From a virus: a DNA stretch of 48,079 nt. Below the pieces are notes generated by a model that ran no database searches, was not told the origin of the DNA, and was given only the letters and a program-made list of their open reading frames with translations. The stretch lies in UHGV virus genome UHGV-1371085. One strand, 5' to 3'. Below, one piece after another: positions 1-7,504 of this stretch (positions are counted from its first letter, which is position 1; each line of letters starts with the position of its first letter). Both the position numbers and the translations under genes were made by a program.

Positions 1-169
1 ACCACGCCAGTCGTCTTGCTGTGTAGGTCTTTCTGAAAATTACTATTTGGTATCCGTAATCAGCTTTTGTGCCTGCAATGGCTCCCTTCCGTTTGCCCTT
101 AATCCACACAAATCGACCAGATTCAGGATGATACGAAAGCCATTCTTTTAACTCACGCTGAGTTATCAT
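1..169 (-). CDS. HNH-AP2 homing endonuclease, N-terminal part; the gene continues across the window junction into 47736..48079
   Basis: Reverse-strand translation from the ATG at 169..167 gives MITQRELKEWLSYHPESGRFVWIKGKRKGAIAGTKADYGYQIVIFRKTYTARRLAW. This is the typical N-terminus of HNH_3-family endonucleases (RLAW motif). The frame runs exactly into position 48079. The start overlaps the stop of the upstream ORF (TGATG). Confidence 0.6.
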   Translation of the reverse strand, partial: MITQRELKEWLSYHPESGRFVWIKGKRKGAIAGTKADYGYQIVIFRKTYTARRLAW

Positions 170-354
170 CACTTCACCTCTATACACTGTGCATTATTTA
201 TTTCCGAAGATGCGTCGCGCCACGTCCTCTTTTCCTTAGCGATTTTCATTGCCGTAATGGCAGCCTGACACTGCTCCATTCTTTGCATTGGCGTCACCTG
301 CATATTGGACGTATTGCTTGTGATTACGAATATCAGGAAGAAATACGACATCAC
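169..354 (-). CDS. hypothetical small protein (61 aa)
   Basis: ORF in a tightly packed minus-strand array. Its stop overlaps the start of the HNH gene. Confidence 0.35.
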   Translation of the reverse strand: MMSYFFLIFVITSNTSNMQVTPMQRMEQCQAAITAMKIAKEKRTWRDASSEINNAQCIEVK

Positions 355-572
355 TTCACCTCATCATCAACAAGCGATCTGAACCATGCGGGATATGACT
401 TCGCGCCGAGTTTATAGTCGACATTCTGAATGTAACGTGCAGCATCATCCAGCTTGTCGGAAAGATAATAAAGCGACTTTCTTGCACCAATAAGCATGGC
501 GCCACAGATTAGCATCACAATCAGGTGCGGGTTGATGATGCAGAACAGGATTGTTTTGGCAGCTTTCATCAT
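351..572 (-). CDS. hypothetical membrane protein (73 aa)
   Basis: Hydrophobic N-terminal helix (ILFCIINPHLIVMLICGAMLIGA). 4-nt overlap with the neighbouring genes. Confidence 0.4.
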   Translation of the reverse strand: MMKAAKTILFCIINPHLIVMLICGAMLIGARKSLYYLSDKLDDAARYIQNVDYKLGAKSYPAWFRSLVDDEVK

Positions 573-757
573 TCCACCTTTTCGAATTTGTCGATTACCA
601 CACGCAAGCAGCGCTCCTTAATCCGGATAACTGCATCGCTAGCAAGAAAAGCACTACTGGCAGCTGCGGCGCTATCCGCCTCAATCAAGTGTGAAATCTT
701 TTCAACAACAGCCCCACCGAGCTTAATAGCTTCTGAGTGAATAAAGTAAATGCTCAT
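569..757 (-). CDS. hypothetical protein (62 aa)
   Basis: ORF with ATGA-type overlaps in the same array. Confidence 0.35.
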   Translation of the reverse strand: MSIYFIHSEAIKLGGAVVEKISHLIEADSAAAASSAFLASDAVIRIKERCLRVVIDKFEKVE

Positions 758-1053
758 TTGTCGCCACCCTCGTTATTATAAACTCGCCACTTTCCGACAC
801 CATACCAGCTGCCATATTTACATCTGGTGGATTCAAATGTGCGACCAAAAACCTCATAGCAACCGACAAACATGCGAAAAAATCCCTTCAGCTTAACATC
901 AGGATATTCCCTGGCAATTGCCTTGTACCACCTGACCATGCTTATAGCTTCTACTGCCGGAAAAACAAACCACACCCAAACAACAAGCAGGACAAACATC
1001 GCCACAGCAATATTGGCAACCAGTCCACACCACCAGAGGTATTCGCTCATCAC
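754..1053 (-). CDS. hypothetical membrane protein (99 aa)
   Basis: Two predicted TM helices (WWCGLVANIAVAMFVLLVVWVWFVF). Overlaps its neighbours by 4 nt. Confidence 0.45.
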   Translation of the reverse strand: MMSEYLWWCGLVANIAVAMFVLLVVWVWFVFPAVEAISMVRWYKAIAREYPDVKLKGFFRMFVGCYEVFGRTFESTRCKYGSWYGVGKWRVYNNEGGDK

Positions 1054-1232
1054 TCAATCTCCTCGCCATCAATCCAGCGTTGCAGCACTTCGATAAGCTG
1101 CGCAGCTTGGTGTTTGTCGATGATTAACTTGTCATCTGTTCCGGACCCATCATTTTGCTGCGAACAATGCAGCGCTCCGCTGTCGCTTAGAAATAAATTA
1201 ACATCGTGAAAATATTCACCTTCAATAATCAT
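1050..1232 (-). CDS. hypothetical acidic protein (60 aa)
   Basis: ORF that overlaps both neighbours. Confidence 0.35.
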   Translation of the reverse strand: MIIEGEYFHDVNLFLSDSGALHCSQQNDGSGTDDKLIIDKHQAAQLIEVLQRWIDGEEIE

Positions 1233-1717
1233 TTCATCCCCTCACCGTGTTTAAATTTATATGTTTTAACGTTCGAGTCAGTGAACGCATCCAGAACTGA
1301 CGCGGTAATTACCGCCTGCTCAGCGGTCTGCCCAAGATACATCGCGGTCATAGCGAAGTCTCGCCCACAGCCAGCAGCAAGCGGGGGAGTGACTGCGTAA
1401 ACCGCTGGATATTTATTGTCAGGAATCTTCTGGATGGCAAAACAGTTTCCTTTCTCCGTGAATACCCACTGAGTAAAGTCAAGCTCTTCTGGCATGTCCA
1501 TAATGTCATCAACAGCCCGTCGCATGAACTGCTTAGCATATCGCTCATCACCAGCAGCGCCGCTACCAACGATCAATACAGCCAGTTCGCCGCAAATAAA
1601 AAACTTATCATTGGCATCAAGTACAAAAGACTTCTGTTGGTTAGCCATAATCAGGCTTCCGGCAGTGGACTGACTATCGTGCGCAATCGTAATCCCATCC
1701 CATGCAATTGTTGTCAT
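1229..1717 (-). CDS. HslV/proteasome-beta-like Ntn-hydrolase peptidase homolog
   Basis: The N-terminus MTTIAWDGITIAHDSQSTAG matches the HslV start [23 protein letters not shown], with the Thr nucleophile directly after Met. The GSGAAGD loop and the C-terminal AAGCGRDFAMTAMYLG resemble the HslV GSGG...AQAAARAL region. Length is 162 aa, against about 176 aa for HslV. Confidence 0.55.
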   Translation of the reverse strand: MTTIAWDGITIAHDSQSTAGSLIMANQQKSFVLDANDKFFICGELAVLIVGSGAAGDERYAKQFMRRAVDDIMDMPEELDFTQWVFTEKGNCFAIQKIPDNKYPAVYAVTPPLAAGCGRDFAMTAMYLGQTAEQAVITASVLDAFTDSNVKTYKFKHGEGMK

Positions 1718-1748
1718 TTCATTACCTCAATCATAAATACGATACCAT

Positions 1749-1988
1749 TCATAAATCACCACCTTCATCGTTATTTAACTCAACATTCCGAAAGAAATCA
1801 TTAATCGTCTTCAGACCACTATAACCACGGCGCCGCTGCAACTCACACAGCACTTCATCATACATACGCAGCAGGATAGCCTCATCCACATCGTACCTTT
1901 CGCACAGTGCCTCATCCGACACACCAGCTCTTGCGAGTGAGTATATTTTTTCCTTCTGCTCCCACGAAAAAGATGAGTATGCCTTCAT
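1749..1988 (-). CDS. small helix-turn-helix DNA-binding protein (79 aa)
   Basis: SWEQKEKIYSLARAGVSDEALCERYDVDEAILLRM looks like an HTH of the sigma-70 region 4 or terminase-small-subunit type. Confidence 0.4.
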   Translation of the reverse strand: MKAYSSFSWEQKEKIYSLARAGVSDEALCERYDVDEAILLRMYDEVLCELQRRRGYSGLKTINDFFRNVELNNDEGGDL

Positions 1989-2021
1989 AATGCCCCGGTG
2001 ATGTAGTTATGTCAATGCGCC

Positions 2022-2050
2022 TTGACGTAGATTCTAGCATGGCGTAGATT
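2022..2050 (+). promoter_or_regulatory. sigma70-like promoter: -35 TTGACG, 17-bp spacer, -10 TAGATT, inside the conserved TTGACGTAGATT motif
   Basis: TTGACGTAGATTctagcatggcgTAGATT lies 27 bp upstream of the ATG at 2077. A related GATGTAGTTAT element sits at 2000-2010. Confidence 0.5.
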
Positions 2051-2076
2051 AAAATGAAACCTCTCGGAGAAATCTT

Positions 2077-2367
2077 ATGAAATGTGTCATTTTCGAGCTT
2101 GATGGTGTGCTGCGCGATGCTGAAGGAAATGCTATTGCTGGCAACATTGCGCTGGCTAAGTCGCTCTACTCTGCCGGGCATGATGTACTGATTATGAGGG
2201 CAAAGCATGCGTATGAGTGGCTGCATGCTAACGATGTTTTCTATGATGACATCATGGCTTCGCACCAGCAGATTGACGCTGACAGGGTGGCAATGGCGGT
2301 CGTGTCTGATGATGTGATTTATGCCGCCATGCGCAACGCAGGGATTCATTGCTGGCTTTACAAATAG
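2077..2367 (+). CDS. small HAD-superfamily-like protein (96 aa) with an unusual E-x-D-G motif I
   Basis: MKCVIFELDGVL resembles HAD motif I (hhhhDxDGxL), but the first Asp is Glu. VVSDDV resembles motif IV. It is a lone plus-strand gene with its own promoter. Confidence 0.35.
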   Translation: MKCVIFELDGVLRDAEGNAIAGNIALAKSLYSAGHDVLIMRAKHAYEWLHANDVFYDDIMASHQQIDADRVAMAVVSDDVIYAAMRNAGIHCWLYK

Positions 2368-2387
2368 ACCCCTGCCGTGGTCTTATC

Positions 2388-3812
2388 TTATCTCCTGCTC
2401 CGCCTAATCCATCCCGAGCCGCGCTGTACGATGTGATCACCAAGGCCATAGCGCAAACTATCTGTGGCGTGGTTGTGCTTGTCGATGATATCAGGAAGTA
2501 TATTTCCCGTGAGCTTGTCCACTTTGTAGCTGTAAAGAGTAAACTCCTCAATGACAGTCTTACATCTTTCGTGAACAAAAATCCTGTCACAACCTCTGAG
2601 CCATGTGATTCCGTCCTCAATGCTGCCAGGCCACTTTGCGCACGGATGGATATCAAATCCTGAGCGCTTTATATGGCTTATTGTTTCTGGCCTTGCGCAG
2701 TCACCATACCATCTGTATTTTTCTGAACCCGGGAATGCCAGTCGCATAGCTTCTGGCGTATCAGTTATCTCAAGACCAACCTTTGCAAAGTCGCGGTAGA
2801 TATAAAGGTTTCTTCTTCCGCCGCCCAAATCCTCGACATAAGATTCAGTTGCTGCCGTAGCATCCTGCGAGAAACCAAAGTCAATACCATAGTAAGGCCC
2901 GCCCCAATCTGGCGACGGCTCAAAATCAAGAGTCTGCCATTTACCCCCAAGCACAGCTTCATCTGAACGCCGGTTGAATAACCCCTCATAAACCCACAGA
3001 TAGCGGTCATAATCAACCGCCTTCATCTGGTTCATGTGCTGTTTAAGTTCCTCGGTAAACCAGGGGTTATGGATGTAGTTAACGTTCACAACGACAATAT
3101 CATCATCCTGATATATCCCATCAACCATCTTATCCACATACGGCTCAACAAAGTTTGTCCACGTGGGATCGGTTTCCCGATTGGGGTTAAAAACAATAAT
3201 AATTTCAGAGCCAGAGGCGCGAACTGTAGGGATGAGTGTATCCCATGACACCTGACTAATGTTCTCCGACTCCTCGCAGAACACATCGGTAAGCCCAGCC
3301 ATCCCTTTAATGGCCGTGATGTTGCGCCACATACCCCGGAATACGAACTTTGACCGCGTGCCGTGGTGGGTTATCTCGCCATCGACGCACCGGTATTCCT
3401 GAGCGTGTCCCTTCCTGTTAATTTCATCGACCAGCTCGGCGTAGCTGGACTCCTTGATTGAGTTCTGAATTTCCCGGAAGCAGCCAACCCTGCAATTTCT
3501 GAATCTTGCCTTTTCGATAAGGTAAGAAACCACGTTAGCCGTTTTACCGCTGCCCCTTCCACCATAGAAGACCTTAAACCGGCGCGGATAAAGCAAAAGC
3601 TCCATGCGTTCAGGGATTAGTATTGTTGGCTCTTCGGTTGTCTCTGATACGCCATCCCGAGTCATTTTAAGTCGCTTGATAACATTTGGCGTGCCATCAT
3701 CAAGCAGCTTATTAACAATACCGAAAACAGCAGAGTCAGGCTTCTCTATGGAGTTACCAACCGCCTCTTCGAGCTTTTCGATTGCCAGTGCGGAGAGGCG
3801 TTTACGAGCCAT
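2388..3812 (-). CDS. terL: terminase large subunit
   Basis: Walker A FYGGRGSGKT, 474 aa, with a C-terminal nuclease-like region carrying acidic residues. It lies directly downstream of the putative small subunit. Confidence 0.9.
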   Translation of the reverse strand: MARKRLSALAIEKLEEAVGNSIEKPDSAVFGIVNKLLDDGTPNVIKRLKMTRDGVSETTEEPTILIPERMELLLYPRRFKVFYGGRGSGKTANVVSYLIEKARFRNCRVGCFREIQNSIKESSYAELVDEINRKGHAQEYRCVDGEITHHGTRSKFVFRGMWRNITAIKGMAGLTDVFCEESENISQVSWDTLIPTVRASGSEIIIVFNPNRETDPTWTNFVEPYVDKMVDGIYQDDDIVVVNVNYIHNPWFTEELKQHMNQMKAVDYDRYLWVYEGLFNRRSDEAVLGGKWQTLDFEPSPDWGGPYYGIDFGFSQDATAATESYVEDLGGGRRNLYIYRDFAKVGLEITDTPEAMRLAFPGSEKYRWYGDCARPETISHIKRSGFDIHPCAKWPGSIEDGITWLRGCDRIFVHERCKTVIEEFTLYSYKVDKLTGNILPDIIDKHNHATDSLRYGLGDHIVQRGSGWIRRSRR

Positions 3813-4251
3813 TCGCGCTCTCCATCATCTTTTCAAGTCGCTCCAGCCTCTCGGCAAGCTCAGTAAGCTCTTTTACGTCAAGGCCAACCTTAATCATTGA
3901 TACAACCTGAGAAGCAACATCAATGGGAAGTTCGCCAAGAGAAACTGACTGAATGACATCTTCAATCTGCTGCACTGGTGTTGCACCCTTCTGATATTTG
4001 AACTCAACAGGAGGGGCCATTGTCTTCTGCATTGGGCTAATGCGAAGAAATATTTCTTTCAGCATTTGCACGCCCTGAGTTGGATTTTCCTCCACCATTA
4101 TGATTGACGTGCGAATGAATGCGTCAAGAAACTCCTCTTCACCCATCCCGCAGCGCTTTAATGCTTCTATTAACCTGTTTCTGTAGCTTAAACCTCTTCC
4201 TGCTGGCTGGTATTCAGCAGAAAACTTCATAATCGGATTTGGATTTGCCAT
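3802..4251 (-). CDS. terS: putative terminase small subunit (150 aa from MANPNP...)
   Basis: Sits immediately upstream of TerL and overlaps it by 11 nt. The size fits and the N-terminus is HTH-like (RNRLIEALKRCGM). The ORF-track start at 4488 is unlikely because a terminator hairpin lies at 4296-4330. Confidence 0.5.
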   Translation of the reverse strand: MANPNPIMKFSAEYQPAGRGLSYRNRLIEALKRCGMGEEEFLDAFIRTSIIMVEENPTQGVQMLKEIFLRISPMQKTMAPPVEFKYQKGATPVQQIEDVIQSVSLGELPIDVASQVVSMIKVGLDVKELTELAERLERLEKMMESANGS

Positions 4252-4295
4252 GTCGTTTTCGTCTTTTCGTAAACCGAATACAGATATATTAACAC

Positions 4296-4330
4296 ATGGC
4301 GTAGATAAAAAAAGAACCCGCCGAAGCGGG
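4296..4330 (-). terminator. rho-independent terminator (minus strand)
   Basis: On the minus strand the hairpin aacccgcTTCGgcgggtt is followed by CTTTTTTTAT. Confidence 0.55.
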
Positions 4331-4537
4331 TTAAAGGGTGGTGGGTGATGATTGATGAGATGATTGATGAGATGATTGTACATAAGTTTTCGCATAACAC
4401 CAAACATTACAATTATTGCTTTGAACGTGAACCACCTCAATAGCATCAGGGAAGGCTTTTGCGATTGCTGATATGAAGTGGTCAACACCTTCGAGTTGAG
4501 CCTTCTGCCACACCTCCTGCTTTGATTTTTGCGGCAT
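4331..4537 (-). CDS. hypothetical protein (68 aa) with a SHQS tandem repeat
   Basis: Its ATG overlaps the stop of the upstream 52-aa ORF (TGATG). The C-terminal part is encoded by a 12-nt tandem repeat (gatgattgatga x2.5). Confidence 0.35.
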   Translation of the reverse strand: MPQKSKQEVWQKAQLEGVDHFISAIAKAFPDAIEVVHVQSNNCNVWCYAKTYVQSSHQSSHQSSPTTL

Positions 4538-4695
4538 CACTGATACCTCGTAGTTGAGTACATATGCCGAAGTATGCTGTTATGCTCAACCACCATCATC
4601 ATACTTCCAACCTGAATAACGGCATGATGCTTTCCGGTCTCCTCATAAAGAAAATCAGCCTCTTCACACGCTGCCTGAATGTCGCTCCACAACAT
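4537..4695 (-). CDS. hypothetical small protein (52 aa, below the ORF-track cutoff)
   Basis: MLWSDIQAACEEADFLYEETGKHH..., with SD GAGGTGAATC upstream. Translationally coupled to the neighbouring genes. Confidence 0.3.
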   Translation of the reverse strand: MLWSDIQAACEEADFLYEETGKHHAVIQVGSMMMVVEHNSILRHMYSTTRYQ

Positions 4696-4698
4696 GAT

Positions 4699-4791
4699 TC
4701 ACCTCACGATAAAGTAGACTGCCAGTGCAAAAGAAATCCAGAATGACAGCAGTGATACGGCAATCAGTCTGCGGATGATGTAGGGTTTCAT
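4699..4791 (-). CDS. small hydrophobic peptide (30 aa)
   Basis: MKPYIIRRLIAVSLLSFWISFALAVYFIVR. Its ATG overlaps the stop of the DUF551 gene (ATGA) and is preceded by SD GGAGG. Confidence 0.3.
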   Translation of the reverse strand: MKPYIIRRLIAVSLLSFWISFALAVYFIVR

Positions 4792-5459
4792 GGTTTAACC
4801 TCCTGCGGAGCTGCTGGCAGAGGTTGCCAGTGGGTTATCTTTGCGTATGTATCTACCCAGTAACCACAAGGTTGAGGCTGCGAACCAGTTGCGTAGTGAG
4901 CAGTGAATACGCGCTCTCCATCAAATACATTCACTTCAATGTCGCTGTATTCGCAATCAGCAGAATGGGTCAATGGCATCCGCTCGCTTACCGGAATCCA
5001 TTTACCCGGCACGGTAGCGGGTTCACTGCCGGGTAGTTGCGGGGCGGCTGCTAATGTGGAGTCGATGATATGCTGGCGCATCCAGTTGGCCCCACGCGCA
5101 AACACGTCTACCGGATCTCCGTGGTAATCTCCTATTTCATATGCCTGCTCTGATGTCATCTCATCAGAAATTCTCAGCACTACCGGCGCTGGCTGCGCGT
5201 GGCGATAGACAGGCACCGGCTCGCTCAGCCGATCTGCATGCTCAGGTTTGTAAATCATCCCGCTACGGTCACCATCTGTGAAACCATAAGGCTCGGTGTC
5301 AGCCTTGCGGCGCTCCTGTAGCTCTTCCAGAGCAATCGTCAGCGCGTAATAAAACGAGTGGTCAACTCGATTGTCGGCGCGTTCTGCGTTATCGCGCGCC
5401 AGTTTGACGCTGCTCAAAAGCTGGATGATGCTATTTTCTGCTAACTGGTTATTGGTCAT
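4788..5459 (-). CDS. DUF551-domain phage protein (223 aa)
   Basis: The C-terminal WIPVSERMPL...ITHWQPLP region matches the DUF551 pattern. A paralogous domain is present at 26950-27204. Confidence 0.55.
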   Translation of the reverse strand: MTNNQLAENSIIQLLSSVKLARDNAERADNRVDHSFYYALTIALEELQERRKADTEPYGFTDGDRSGMIYKPEHADRLSEPVPVYRHAQPAPVVLRISDEMTSEQAYEIGDYHGDPVDVFARGANWMRQHIIDSTLAAAPQLPGSEPATVPGKWIPVSERMPLTHSADCEYSDIEVNVFDGERVFTAHYATGSQPQPCGYWVDTYAKITHWQPLPAAPQEVKP

Positions 5460-5510
5460 TGGTTGGCTCCTTCTTATGCCGCTTTCATAGCATGAGCCAG
5501 TTCGGTGATA

Positions 5511-5949
5511 TCAGTCATGATTAGCCCCCTCGCGCAGCTGCTGGGAAAACTCACGGAGTTTGAAACCGATTACTCTGGTACTTGCCACAGTATCGACCCA
5601 GTCGAGCTCTACCGCGGCTTCATCAATGGCATCAGCCTTAATCCCGGCTACGATGCGGTCGGTGGCGGGGAACGGGTTTTCAGCATTAACATCGCGGGAA
5701 ACGTACATGTTAATTTCTGAAACATAATCCAGCGGCACACCAGCGAACATGTAGCCTTCGCCTTCAGAGAAATATTCAACGTGGTTGTCGCTGATGTCGG
5801 TCAGCAAGCGATTCATCGTTAAATTCTCCGCAGCCAGCTGCACGCACAGTTTTGCAACCTTGAGGTATTTTTCCTCTTTGATTGAGAGTTCACCGCTGCC
5901 ATCAAGGTTTTTAATAATTTCCTGAACTTCACTAATAGTTATGGTCATT
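5511..5949 (-). CDS. hypothetical protein (about 146 aa from MTITISEV)
   Basis: Long ORF with good coding appearance and no recognised motif. Confidence 0.45.
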
Positions 5950-5962
5950 TTTATGCTCTCTG

Positions 5963-6175
5963 TTAATGAATTTGCTCGCCAGACGATAACTTGATTCGCA
6001 TACAAGCATCATCCCATTCGTGAAGCATTTCTGTTTTGCCGGTGCTTTCAAGATACCCTCGGATAAAACTCAGGCAATAGTTCACCCTGTCCTCGCCAGC
6101 ATCATGAACCGACTGCATTGCATCCTGAAATTTCTTGTCTGCTACCTTCTTTTTGCTTGTCATCACACACCTCAC
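5963..6175 (-). CDS. hypothetical protein (about 66-70 aa)
   Basis: ORF in the leftward early operon. Confidence 0.4.
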   Translation of the reverse strand: MRCVMTSKKKVADKKFQDAMQSVHDAGEDRVNYCLSFIRGYLESTGKTEMLHEWDDACMRIKLSSGEQIH

Positions 6176-6184
6176 AAGTATTCT

Positions 6185-6463
6185 TTACTTAACCGCCTGC
6201 AAGCGCTCAAGCTCACGCATCAGTGCAGATACCCGTCGTTGCCGCAAAGTCTCTGCATGCTCTTTTGCCTGTTGCTCATCAAGCCAGTATTCACCACGTT
6301 TAAAGTAAACATCGCCAACCACAGCCACCTGACCATCGGCAAACAACTGTGCGCTTTCGTACTTCTGAATGCCACGTGTCAATGCATACTTCGTGACCCA
6401 TATAGTTTCAGCGCTTGCTGCGTTAGCGATAACCAGTAGAGCTACTGCCAGTAATTTATTCAT
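6185..6463 (-). CDS. secreted small protein (signal peptide MNKLLAVALLVIANAASA, SPase I type)
   Basis: Classic Sec signal peptide. The mature protein of about 73 aa has no lipobox. Confidence 0.5.
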   Translation of the reverse strand: MNKLLAVALLVIANAASAETIWVTKYALTRGIQKYESAQLFADGQVAVVGDVYFKRGEYWLDEQQAKEHAETLRQRRVSALMRELERLQAVK

Positions 6464-6478
6464 CGTTGCTAAACCGGT

Positions 6479-6670
6479 TTAGTTTCCACCAGATGACACG
6501 ATAACCTGCTCGAGTGTTCGTTGCTTACCTTCGCAACTAAAAACGCGACAGACGCGCTTACCATTGCTGTATGCTTGCATTGCCTGTGCTGCCATAAAAT
6601 TCTGCGCTTTCACTGCGCCCATTTCTGGTTCCAGTTGAGTGCGCGTGTAGATTGCTTTGGTCATTTTCAT
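6479..6670 (-). CDS. hypothetical protein (start MKMTKAIY, preceded by a GGAGG SD)
   Basis: ORF with a strong SD. A 38-aa ORF (6678..6794) lies just upstream. Confidence 0.4.
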   Translation of the reverse strand: MKMTKAIYTRTQLEPEMGAVKAQNFMAAQAMQAYSNGKRVCRVFSCEGKQRTLEQVIVSSGGN

Positions 6671-6818
6671 GCCTCCATCAAAAACCAAAATCGCCAGTTA
6701 ATTGAGCAAGCTCTTCGCCATGTTCATCCACCACGTAGCCATCGAATACAACACTGCTGTTTTCGTCTTGCTGTTTTTTATCTTCCATCTTCATCACCTC
6801 TTTGCTGTTGGTGTGGTA

Positions 6819-6847
6819 ACTATACGATGGCGCTCAATCTACGTCAA
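6819..6847 (-). promoter_or_regulatory. leftward promoter: -35 TTGACG (with TAGATTGAG extension), 17-bp spacer, -10 TATAGT
   Basis: The minus strand reads cataTTGACGTAGATTgagcgccatcgTATAGT. It lies upstream of a small ORF (6794..6678) that has an AGAGGTGA SD. Confidence 0.55.
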
Positions 6848-6889
6848 TATGATGGTGAAAATAAAATTTAGTTAGTAATCACTTGCAGT

Positions 6890-7237
6890 TATCAATTTTC
6901 AAGTTGTTGATATATATAGAACACGCTCAACCCATTTAACCCAAGATTTTTTTTGGTTTAACCATAGATAACCATGTAAATTCATTAACTTATGTAATGT
7001 TCAACCATTTATCACTTAAACCTTCACCATGAGAGAAAAGTAGAAAATTTTTGATGTATTTTTTTTGCTAAAATTTGCGCAAAGCAAAAAATGGGTTGAA
7101 TTGGATAAATACTACTATCTATTAATAATAATAGTAGTAAATACATATACATAACATGTAAAAACACTTATCCAAACACTTATCCAACTTTATCCATTTC
7201 AACCAAAAGCGTGACACGCGAACAAACAGGTAAGGTG
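6890..7237. promoter_or_regulatory. AT-rich divergent intergenic region with DnaA-box-like direct repeats and a 9-bp inverted repeat; putative origin and control region
   Basis: TTATCCAAA, TTATCCAAC and TTATCCATT lie at 7168-7198 with 10-12 bp phasing. An inverted TTGGATAAA lies at 7101-7109. The inverted repeat TACTACTAT n12 ATAGTAGTA lies at about 7111-7140. Long A and T runs are present. Confidence 0.45.
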
Positions 7238-7266
7238 TTGCGCCGATTTATTTAATATTTTATAAT
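7238..7266 (+). promoter_or_regulatory. rightward promoter: -35 TTGCGC, 17-bp spacer, -10 TATAAT
   Basis: TTGCGCcgatttatttaatatttTATAAT sits 22 bp upstream of a very strong SD (AAGGAGGAG) and the ATG at 7289. Confidence 0.5.
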
Positions 7267-7288
7267 CACAAAAAAATAAGGAGGAGTT

Positions 7289-7504
7289 ATGTACAGACCT
7301 GGCAGCGATTTGGCTCACGTTTACCATCACGTATCTGGCATTAATGTCAATGAAGTTAAGCTCTTGCCGTCCAGCGAGATAGTTGGCATGGACATAGCAA
7401 GATTCAGGATGAACCTTTCTAAAGTTTCAAAGGATGCTGGCATGATGTTCATCACACGTTTTGACAGCCATAAAGAAATACTCACCATCAGAAGGATTTC
7501 ATGA
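7289..7504 (+). CDS. hypothetical protein (71 aa), first gene of the rightward operon
   Basis: Strong SD AAGGAGG. Its stop overlaps the ATG of the next gene. Confidence 0.5.
   Translation: MYRPGSDLAHVYHHVSGINVNEVKLLPSSEIVGMDIARFRMNLSKVSKDAGMMFITRFDSHKEILTIRRIS

Noticed and set aside
1912-2349. 145-aa minus-strand ORF overlapping the plus-strand HAD-like gene
   Set aside because: It is antisense to a gene that has a promoter and an SD. It has no SD of its own and its composition is poor, so it is likely spurious.
4350-4385. Tandem 12-nt repeats as a CRISPR array or iteron set
   Set aside because: Only about 2.5 copies are present, with no spacers, and they lie inside a coding frame. No CRISPR-like arrays were found anywhere in the window.
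6020-6871. Plus-strand ORFs of 139 and 116 aa opposite the leftward early genes
   Set aside because: They are antisense to genes that have SDs and coupling. Their Cys/His-rich odd composition indicates shadow ORFs.
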